Shown here: positions 38,301-47,882 of the stretch, one piece after another | Layout: each line of letters opens with the position of its first letter | Numbering within the stretch: the stretch's first letter is position 1 | Assembly (NCBI RefSeq): GCF_964355755.1 | Contig: NC_092674.1 | Location: 29,698,001 to 29,762,000 of the forward strand | Direction: 5' to 3' | DNA length: 64,000 nucleotides | From: Antedon mediterranea | Taxonomy: Eukaryota; Animalia; Echinodermata | Translations under genes and position numbers: made by a program | The notes under the pieces: model-generated | Told to the model about the DNA's origin: nothing | The model's database searches: none | The model's input: the letters and a program-made list of their open reading frames with translations, nothing else

Positions 38301-41300
38301 AGAATACTATTTTTTAAAACATTAAGTTTTTCCTAGATAATTACATAAAGTAATAAAAACATTTATTTTAATTAATTAATTTAAATTTTTATTTTATATG
38401 GAATAATTGTTCATGTACAGAACTGAAAATGAATGTCTTATTTTTAGTATTTGAAATACAGAGATGTAGTATTCTGTAATATAGTAGCTAAATGAAACAA
38501 GGATATAAGTAAGAATAGAAACTGGAGTCTTATTTTGATGTTTATACATTATAGAAACTACTGGTACTACATGAGAACAAGTTTCAGTAATGACTCCAAC
38601 AAGTTGAGAACAACAGCTTAGAACAGCAACATTTAAATGTGTCTACAAACAACAATGCATGAATACCTTTTATAAAGGTTACACACAGGGCTATCTATTA
38701 AAAGCATTAATTATCCAGAACAGAGGTATGTATTAAGGTATAAAAGTTTATTATTTATTTTAACCACATTTAACAGTTAGACAGGAAAATAGAGAATGCT
38801 ATGCTTTCTAAACTGCATAAAGGCTACCTCAATATCTAGGTAGGGGAAAAACGATCAGATTCCTGGACTGTACTAGACAAACACATCATTTGGTTAGATA
38901 CTAGTTTACTTTAGCTGGAAACTTCAATAAACTGTGATATGTTGTAATAAAGCACAAAAATGGTAACTGCATATCATAATGTCAAAAAGTGCTTCCATAA
39001 TTATAATAATAATATTCGTTCTTATAGCGCTTATTGCACAATGCTTCTAAGCACTTCACATTATTACCCTGGTCATCAAACACCTATGGAAACACAATTC
39101 TACAATTTAATGATTTTTAATCAAAGAATTAATCTATTCTAGAATATTGATATGTTTTAATATTTTTTTACAGTATATTATTAATTTTTTCCTTAAATAT
39201 ATTTTTTATAGTGAATATCCAGTTGACTGAAAAAATGGAAGATGCATTAATCACACTACAATGTCTTACTTTGTTGGTTGTCTTGCTCAACACGTTTGTA
39301 CTAGCTATGGTGCTTAAGAAGCTGACCATCAAAGCTACACCAGGGCCAGCAATAAGTGCCAAAGTAACCACCACTACTGGTGAGATACAGCCAATAGAAG
39401 CTGGTGATATTGGTTCACAACATCAACAAGTCACTGACAATCGTTCAGAAACGGTTGAGGACAATCCGAAAAAACAGCTTTTCCAATTTTTAACACGTCC
39501 AACTGTTTTAACAAATTTACAACATAAAGAAAACGCTGAAGACCTTAAGAGCTCTAAACAACAGGATTATCTGAAAATCTGCGAGGAAGAAGGCACATAC
39601 GACGACACGTACGAGAATGATATGCTACCGTCTACGAAAGACAACAAACATGCTAAACCAAGACCAGTCTTTGACAGCAAGTATAAACCTGCAAAACCGA
39701 ATTTCCCGGCAAAACCGAATTTCCCGGTAAAACCGACGAAAGGAGTGCAAAGATCACAGTCAGCAATCAGCTCATTAGCTTCTACCAAATCAGAGTTTGT
39801 TAGTAGGATGCTGAATGCCAAACACACAGGAGGATCGCTGACCAAGCTCAACAAAATTTGTGAAAACGCATCAGAGTCCTTAGTGCCCCCTAAAATGCCG
39901 CTCTCCCCCGGAATAAAAAAGGCTACTCCTTTTGCCAAAGTGCCAGTCCAACTGTCAGAAAGCTATTATGTTATTGAAGAACCAGAAAATGAATATGCCT
40001 ACGCCTATATTGACACTAGTTTCACTTCCTCCAAACGATAATTTTAAATGTATTAATTTAAACAAGTTGTTTTACCACCATCATGATAAAAACTATTATT
40101 TCTATGTTCAATCTATCAGTATTTGTTTTCATTTGTGTATTTTATCAGTTTAATATTAGCAAATTTTATTTTTTGTTTTTTATTGAAGCCTTGATTATTG
40201 TCTAAATTTTATTTATTGCTTTCAGTGAAACATAAAAAATGAGCATTGAGGAGAGATAACAGCTGCCAAAATAAGGGCATGTCTCTCCAACTATTGCAAT
40301 AGTAATTTTTTAATAAACTAATGTTATAATAACCTTACAGAGGTTGAGATGCGAGCATTGCAGGATTTTTCCATGAATCAAGTTCCGCTTGAATCATATT
40401 GTTTCGTAGTTGTGTGCCTCTGTTTAACAGGTTACTGATTAAGTCCGAGCCTTCCCCCTTCAGCGGATGTAGCGCAACAGTTGGCGGTTTTAATATTTCT
40501 GTTTCCAAAATAGCGGAATCAGATTTTCTAAGATACTCTATTTAAAAGAAATGAATTTAAAAAAGTTTAGTAACAGTTTTTACTCAGTTGTTTCAGAAAA
40601 TACAGGACATGTTTATATTTATTAGCACTTGGATTGTTAGAAATGAGCACAACAAAAAATAGAAAATAAAAAAGAATTTGATTGTTACCTTTGTTTTGTT
40701 TAGATTTATATTCATCAAATTTGGTCTCCATCTTAGAGACGTCGGTTGTTGTATCCTTACTAGACAGACCAGCTGTGTACCCTGGACCAATCACAAAGCT
40801 ATAATCACTATCAACGCGAATGTTGGTTCTAGGTTCCTGAAAATACAATATAAATATTATAAACCTTTGTTTACTATTGTAAATATTTTTAACTGTGATA
40901 TTACACTCTGATAAAGCATAGTGAGAGGACTGAGGCTAAATTAGGGTTATGGTGGGGGTCGTGAGGAGAACAGATGAGATTATATAAAAATCAATAAAGC
41001 TGCTAAATATTAAAAAACTAAGTAACTAAAAATACAATTTAAAAAAAAAAAATTTTTTTTTTCAATCAAATGTTACCATTTTATTCAACAAGTATATTCC
41101 CATCGTAAATCAATGTGGAATTACACTATGACTAGAAGCATGGGACGGGACCGAGTCTAAAGCTCTGTCTACACTATCAAACTTTTTGTGACAAAAAAAT
41201 GTGATGTGACCATATATGGACATGATGATGACATATCACTACCATATATGGGTCAATCACACTTTTTTTGTCAAACTAGTTTGATAGTGTAGACAGAGCT

Positions 41301-44300
41301 TAAATGAGGGGGTAGAGCGAGATTATACAACTAAATAAAACTGCTAATATTAAAAAATGAACCTTTATCTTTGATCTTGGAGATGGATCATTGGTGGAGG
41401 CGACAGAATGCTGATAGCTGATCGGTTGTTGTTTTAGAGCATCATCTCTTCTTGACGCTGAGCTGACATTTCCAGACCTGTCACTTTCTCTAGGCAGCAT
41501 ACTCATGTCGGTAGTGGGCATTGAGCTGGAACTTTCATATGAAACTAAAATTTAAAGAAAAATTTCATATTAACATAAAAAAATTAATTATAGCTTTATT
41601 CTGTATTCTATTCATATAAAGACAATTTTTGATTTATGTCTTTAAGCACATGTGGCCAAGGAATTACCAATAGTAAATCAATCACTGTCCTATCAGATAG
41701 GTGGTAATTCCCTGATACAGCGGTTATTTTGTGTGTATTAAACAGTAGCACTCCTTTTAAAGGGACATATTAAGGACCCAACAAAGCGTATTAATAGGGG
41801 TTATTAATTTTGAACTGATTAGGGGGGCTTGAAAAGGAGGGATTCTTATCTATGCATTTAAAACAAGAAAGACGATTGGAAATAAGTTTTTTGAATTTTG
41901 ATCTGGTATAAAACATAAATTTGTATAAGTTTCTACCTACCTGGAAGTGGCTCAAAAACAAGGCTGATCTGGAGCTCAGCAATCTTCTCTGCATTCTTAT
42001 TAGAAAACACATTAAACAATCTATACAATACAAACAAAAGAACTGTTGTAGAACATAAGTAAAAATACATCAACTATTCATTAAAAAACCACCAAAAATA
42101 ACATATAATTAGATCAAGACAAATAAAACAACTTGCCCATTAATTGGTCTTGTAGGTGCCAGATGTCCAATTTCATTTATTTGTGCTTTACCCATCAATG
42201 TCATAGTTTGCCCACGTAATACCTCAAACACAGCTGTTCCCATATGTATACGGTAAGTTAAGGTTAAAGGTCAGTAAATGATGAAAAATGATTGTAAAAC
42301 ATTGTCCACTCATTTTTAGTCGCGTGGAAGCGACTCTATAGTTCACTATGTCAGTCGGTCGGTCTGTCTGTCGGTCCTGTATCACTATGCGTTTTATCGC
42401 TTTCTGACCTTATCTTGATATCAGTTTAATCTAGCTAAGTCAATTTTTCACAGTATATTCCTTATGGCCAGGAATCGATGTGGTTATGTTTTCACGGTGC
42501 GCAATAAAAAAATATGCGGTCTACGCACGATTTAACGAAATCACGTTTGTAATCATATCTTCACAACTTTGAATCACAATTAAATAAAATTTGGTACTCA
42601 TAAATTTCAGGGCATGAATCATCATATGGCAATACAATTATGTGCGTAGCGCATGTAACGCATGCGTACGCGCGCTTAAAATTTTCAAAATTTATTTTTG
42701 ATGAAATAAGAGTACGTTTCAGACAATTTTAAGCGTTTACAAAATTGCCATGAGTGCGCAGATTTTTGCACGCGCACTGCACGTTAAATGTTATTGCGCA
42801 CTCTTTTTGCCCGATTTCTGTTTTCTTGACTTACTTTTCAACTCGAAATTACGTTATACGAGCATGTCAAAAGTGGCAGGCTACGCACGTGTAAATTAAA
42901 AAAACATAACTGTTTTTAAACATTTCAACATTTTTAAACATGTTCAGTAATTTCGGTCAGTTGGTAGGTTGGTCGGTCGGTTGGTAAACACTAAGCACGC
43001 GACTGCAGCCATCTATATGGCCTTGTTTTTTCTAGCTTTGGACATATCTGAGGAAGAAAAACAGCTATTTATATTAGTTTTTCTACATTTTTCTGTTATG
43101 GATCTTACCAAGGCAATCTAACAACAGGACACTGAGCTTGCCTTGCCAAGATAGGAACTCCTAACATTCCTTTGATCTTATGTCTGGCTGCGACAAATAC
43201 CCACAGTACTGTGTTAAACCAGGGCTCGCAGAATCGCTTGCCCGACGTCCCGCGGCAACCAAATAAATACGTCGGGCAACTAAAATTTAACATGTCATGT
43301 CCCAACGGGCAACCTCTTAAAATCACCGAAAATGTCCACGATGTTTTACAGGGGTTGTGAAAAACTGTAACAATGAAAATAATAGTCGCGCACGAACGAA
43401 TTCTCTTGACGTCGAGACCAGTGTAGTGTTTGTTAAGTAAATGTATGGATCGGAATTCGGTGGTATGGAACGTTATCTCCAGGAGCCAAAACATGTGTTT
43501 CTATGCAGTCGGGCGTATCAAGTCGTTGCGTATAGAGTTTCCAGGTCTGTCATATAGCACGCGGTCTCTTGCGGCATCCATTGATCGCGAAATAGGAAGC
43601 GTTGAACTCTCGGCTTTTAACTTATTTGAAGTTATTATACCAGGGAGTTTCTAATTAACAACTCCCTAGTTATACTACAGTATAAACCAAATAAAATAGG
43701 GGCTAGTATGTTTTTGTTTTTCTCAATTATCGACATCATTTTACGGTGGTAATAAAATCTGAATCTACTACTTAGTATTAATTATGTGGCCTACAGCCTG
43801 ATAGTAGATTAGGCCTATGTTTAATTACATTCATGTTATGTATTTTGTGTGTAATAATAAATAATTTGCTGAATTACTGTAATTATTGTTCAAATGTACA
43901 GTTGTATTGAAAATACAGTATATTATTAAATTATAATAGATACGTAATTTTAATTGTCTGTGCCAAATAGGCGGCGGCCGATGTTTTTAACACAGGCAAG
44001 TAGGCCTACCATTTTTTTTATAAATATTACAGAATATAAATTTAATAGGCCTAATAATTTATTTAATAAATACATTGAATACTTAAATAGTTACAGTATA
44101 TTTTTTATTATCAACATTGAAAATAATACACTTCTAATCTTCGGGTATCGCCGAGAGTTGAACTTTCAAAAACTCCAACTTGGCGGAGCACGTGGTTTTC
44201 ACCACAATTCGGCACAGTTCTCTTGTGTTGTTTTCAATCACCAACTTGTGCGAGCAGATGGTTGTTTTTATCCAACCTGTGCGAGCTTCTACTGAAACAA

Positions 44301-46171
44301 CAAGTAAACTTCCACAAGCCCGCACTCTCCACACACCATACCCATGTGCTCCTACTACGTACGGCAGCTGCTGTGAGGTTTTTTGCTATACGCATGCGTA
44401 TTGTTTCACGTCACGTAGACGGACGTCAGTTGATGTTTGTTTTTTTTTTTCTTCTCTATGATTTCAACGCGTTACAAGCTCATCACCTTCATATGTACTT
44501 TGTTTAAACTTTTTAGGCTTAGGAGGCCTACATTTCTATAGGCAATATTTTAGATATATCTATTAAATAATTGTAAGATAATTAGTGCCATGTCTAGGCC
44601 ACTACGTTTTAAATATCGCAAAATAGCTTGATTTCGGAATTTCATTGCACAATAGAAGCAAAACGTTTTTGCTCCCAAAGTAAACCCACGTGAATTCATT
44701 CACGTAACGGAACACATCTTCGATCGATGACAAACAATGCCGTGCAACGAAGCGTAACCAACAGAAATAACACAGCGTTTTCAAGGGATTTCAGGACACC
44801 ATGTTAATTAAACAATCGCAACTCTTGTACGGAGGATCGTATGAGAAAATAAATTACTGTAAAATGTTCTTAAAAGATCGGCCTACATCACTGTGTAATT
44901 GAAAAAATTAGAAAAATTTTTTTCACTACTTTAAAATCCATCGAAAAAAACACCACAGTGTATTAAGCATAGGCGTTTTTCACCGACGTTTTTTCGCGGT
45001 GCAGTCGCGGTATAAAACGTTAAAATTAAGTTAAAATAGTGGGCAAGTAAAAAAATGATGAGGGCAACCAAAATCTAAAACCTACTTGCCCGAAGGGCAA
45101 CCAAATATTTTAGGATTCTGCGAGCCCTGTAAACATAAAGGATATCATTCAAATACGTTGCAAACTGTTTGGGTCCACATCTAATAGGGAATCTTGCAAT
45201 TGATTTTAAAGTTGATTTTTTATGATTCTTGACGTCGAAAGGTCTGAAATGGAAAAAGGTGTGTTGATTTAGGCATGCAGTAGTATAAACGTACAGTATA
45301 ATTCCACATCTATATTAAACAAACAGTATTACTTAGCCATAGTAAGCCTAAAAATATTTACATTTTATTTTAATAATCAAATCTTGAAATTGATAAATGA
45401 CTTGAAAGTTGCTTAAATGTAAATCGGAGTCATTATTTGCTAAGCATGTGTTCACACAGCACTACATACAAACCTGTATACAGTTCCGCTTGAGAGTTCA
45501 CCCCACCATCGAAGTCTCACATGCACAATGTCTGGTGGATTTGAGATGGTCCAAACAATCTTAGTTACACTAACTCGCAGGTAGCATCGGAGCTGACCCT
45601 CAACTTCAGGGGGCAAGCTTGTCGATGCTTGTACATTCTCCTTTGGTGCTAAACAAATAATTCACACAAACTTTAATTTACCTATTTTATATTGTTTATT
45701 TATAGGCCTATAATATATAATTAAAATTAAAGAGAAATTCAATTCAATGCAAGAGTAATTTCAATTAAAGACAAACCAACATTTTCATTTTGTTTAAACA
45801 AGCCTAGCCTAGCCTAGCATTTTTAGCCTACTAGGCCTAGCCTAGGTTTAATAAAAATAAATTAAATGTTCACGCCAACAATAGATGACAATAATTCTAA
45901 ATTCCTAGGTAGGCCAGGCCTACATCTATTTTTATTTGTCTTCGGTGGCGCACCATGAATGTGGGCGTTCCATACCTGACGGCTCATGATGCCACTGTCG
46001 TCCTTTGACACACAGTGGCCAAAAAAAACCTTCTCCCGCGCGGTGCACCACACAAAATTAGCCTGGTGGGCCTTCTAGATAGGCCTAGCCTACCTCCTAT
46101 GCCAGCCTGGCACACTTCTTACCTCGTCTCCTTGCCTTTTTTAATCCAGTTTTCCCTTTTTTACCTTTCAT
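20378..46171 (-). CDS. C2CD3: C2 domain-containing protein 3 (distal centriole protein), about 35-40 exons
   Basis: N-terminus MKGKKGK..., then [24 protein letters not shown]...VRLRWWGE and [14 protein letters not shown]. Internal C2-type exons ([32 protein letters not shown]). C-terminus PNFFLPP...[11 protein letters not shown]. All resemble vertebrate C2CD3. Confidence 0.93.
20802..21101 (-). other. U12-type GT-AG intron in C2CD3
   Basis: Donor GTATCCTTT, branch TTTCCTTAAC ~12 nt before the end, no polypyrimidine tract. Confidence 0.9.
20853..20974. mobile_element. ~120-bp MITE; partial second copy at ~43108-43200
   Basis: TIR CAAGGCAATCTAACAAC / GTTGTCAGATTGCCTTG. Confidence 0.6.
23695..24057. 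repeat. 87-bp tandem repeat x4
   Basis: Units start at 23701, 23788, 23881 and 23968; one unit has a 6-bp insertion. Confidence 0.95.
24197..24383. repeat. 34-bp tandem repeat x5.5
   Basis: Unit CTAGAGTTGATTATCCCATATTAAAGCACACATC. Confidence 0.95.
26651..27047. repeat. 58-bp tandem repeat x7 spanning a C2CD3 exon/intron junction
   Basis: CTTACCTTG occurs at 26671, 26729, 26787, 26845, 26903, 26961 and 27019. Confidence 0.95.
28844..29469. mobile_element. Non-autonomous Kolobok-like element abutting a MITE
   Basis: TTAA flanks. Imperfect TIR AGCCCCCTTCCCTAC / GCAGGAAAGGGGTCT. CpG-rich interior. Confidence 0.7.
35813..36095 (+). mobile_element. tRNA-derived SINE relic
   Basis: Head TGGTGTAGTG; body GGCAAGACACTTTAC...CTCTCTCCACTCAG..ATAAAATGG; tail GCAGCGCATTGAG..GCATTATATAAGAATAAA. 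Confidence 0.55.
38050..38272 (-). mobile_element. Penelope-like terminal repeat relic with a degenerate hammerhead motif; partial copy at ~28180-28280
   Basis: Minus strand reads GCA-CTGATGA-A-GGGC-TAGTGTT-GCCC-AAAAC-TC-TGC next to (TA)n. Confidence 0.5.
39235..40041 (+). CDS. Nested antisense ORF (268 aa from ATG 39235): single-pass membrane protein with a Tyr/Pro-motif cytoplasmic tail
   Basis: 807-nt open frame in an AT-rich intron, with an N-terminal hydrophobic helix followed by KK. Upstream TATAAA at 38671, donor AG|GTATGT at 38726 and acceptor TTTTTTATAG at 39211. Downstream AATAAA at ~40312. Confidence 0.7.
   Translation: MEDALITLQCLTLLVVLLNTFVLAMVLKKLTIKATPGPAISAKVTTTTGEIQPIEAGDIGSQHQQVTDNRSETVEDNPKKQLFQFLTRPTVLTNLQHKENAEDLKSSKQQDYLKICEEEGTYDDTYENDMLPSTKDNKHAKPRPVFDSKYKPAKPNFPAKPNFPVKPTKGVQRSQSAISSLASTKSEFVSRMLNAKHTGGSLTKLNKICENASESLVPPKMPLSPGIKKATPFAKVPVQLSESYYVIEEPENEYAYAYIDTSFTSSKR
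41161..41300. mobile_element. Reference copy of an abundant ~140-bp MITE (PIF/Harbinger Tourist-like)
   Basis: TIR AGCTCTGTCTACACTATCAAACT with a TAA TSD here (TTA at 12522-12680, TAA at 28681-28840). Other full or partial copies near 1531, 2099, 7650, 8715, 12450, 13047+14587, 16859, 17540, 18522, 23386, 24598, 26187, 32056, 36239, 48680, 50650, 53785 and 62518. Confidence 0.85.
42313..43027 (+). mobile_element. DINE-1/HINE-like element, family A, copy 2
   Basis: High identity to 13144-13878, with the same subterminal IR (42318/42996). 3' hairpin GCCAT..ATGGC followed by CTTGTT. Confidence 0.8.
43220..45129. mobile_element. 1.9-kb non-autonomous DNA transposon with CAGGG termini and a 5-bp TSD (hAT-like)
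   Basis: 16-bp perfect TIR CAGGGCTCGCAGAATC/GATTCTGCGAGCCCTG, flanked by TAAAC on both sides. Subterminal GGGCAA/TTGCCC motifs. No transposase ORF. Confidence 0.85.
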
Positions 46172-47882
46172 TCTTTCGAGTTGATGCCAATACTCATTAT
46201 AGTTATCAATATTTATATAAGGCCTAGGCCTAAGCTAATATTATAGTGAATTAAATACGGTCTTTTCATGTTTACGTCGTCTGATCTCTTCAAACTTTCC
46301 GCCATCAATGATGACGTCACGAAGCATACTATGGAACGTCGTTAGCGCCAGAGAGTGATCTTGACAGGAATTTCTAATAATAATATTACCTTTTTAAATT
46401 TACTTTTTAATGTATCTCAAAATATAAAATAATAAATAAACTCAATAAATCTTTATATAGATTAAAAAAAAAAAAAATGAAATAAATATTAAAAACAAAA
46501 CGAAACGTAACATATAAGTAGGCAACAAATATGAGACATAAAACTAAAACACAAGAGTAAGGAAAGAATTTTTTTTTTAAGCTTACTATAATTATTTGAA
46601 TTTTATATTTTTATTTATGTTCTTATTGTAAAAAAAAAAAAAAAAAAAAGAATTAAGAATAATAATTGTATTGCATTTTATATATTGTAAATATTTATTT
46701 ATTTATATACCTTTGTCGTGGGTATATATGTATGCATGTGTGCAATCATGTACTCGAATATATGCACTTGTGTGTTTTGTACAGAGACATAGACCTATTG
46801 TAGAAAGGAATAGTTAAAATAAAAGAAAATAATGAAAAAAGTGGATAATACATATAAAAGTATAAAGTATATATATATATATATATATATATATTTGACC
46901 GAATTGTTTCGATCAAATCGTACTAAAAATAAAAGAAAGTACAAGAAAATAACAGAACAGAATAACAAGGGAATATATATTTGGATGAAGTGTAAAATCA
47001 TTGTATTGATCATTTGAGAATGAAATGAATAAAATAGTGGTTAACGCCACAAAAGAGAAAAAAAAAATAAACTCAATAAATCGGTTTTTGCATTGTAAAC
47101 ATTTTATTGACATTTATTAAACAACCAAATTTCTTAGAAGTTAAATCATACTGTACTTTATAAAAATAATATTTCATTTTCATATTTTTCATTTACATTT
47201 TCATATATACTCTTTTTTTAAACATTAGGATGAACAGAATGGTAATGGCAAATATTTTAAACCATTTTATCAATAACGTAGTTAAATTTTACACAGCATA
47301 CATATAATCTTTTTCTTGGGCTATCAACTCTTTTTTTCGGCAGTTTCTTTTATTTCATTATAACTTCTTAATTCTACTGGTAAAATAAAAATATGCATTT
47401 CTATTTTTTCTAATATTCATATCGCAAAGAGATTTCAACTTAAAGAAATAAATAATAGTTACACACAATGGTTTTAAGAAACATTATGTGTCTCAGGTTG
47501 ACGGTGATTCATTCTTTTAAAAAATAATGTACATACGACTACGGTAAATTAAAATATTTAAACAATACTCTGTTAATATAAAAATTAAGGGATATTTGTG
47601 TTCAATAGTTTAGGAAAGTCAACTAATACCATTCACATCACAGCTAGCAACGTTCCGGATTTTACACATACTGAAGCACACAGCATACAAAATGATGTTT
47701 TTGTTTAGTGATGTGAATGCGGTATAAGAGGTGAACATCAAATTGATTTGTTCTAGCCTCTGGTCTCTCCGGAGCCTTGATACCTGTCCTAGAGGACCTC
47801 TTTAGAAACAACATCATAGCAGCTGATAACATCATTGACAAAGTTCAGAAGCCATATTCTCAAATTAATATATTTTGAGAAA

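Larger units (their letters stand above)
42246..45145 (-). other. U12-type AT-AC intron in C2CD3
   Basis: Donor ATATCCTTT, branch ACCTTAAC, acceptor ..TATAC. Splicing restores [12 protein letters not shown]. Confidence 0.9.

Noticed and set aside
39567-39938. 123-aa minus-strand ORF as an extra C2CD3 exon
   Set aside because: Antisense shadow of the plus-strand nested ORF, with no C2CD3 similarity.
43105-44784. Several 60-130 aa ORFs as possible transposase or C2CD3 exons
   Set aside because: They lie inside the non-autonomous element in the U12 intron, show no DDE/BED motifs, and the C2CD3 frame is complete without them.
46795-47113. Hydrophobic ORFs between C2CD3 and PIBF1
   Set aside because: AT-rich low-complexity and (TA)n sequence producing spurious F/I/Y-rich frames.
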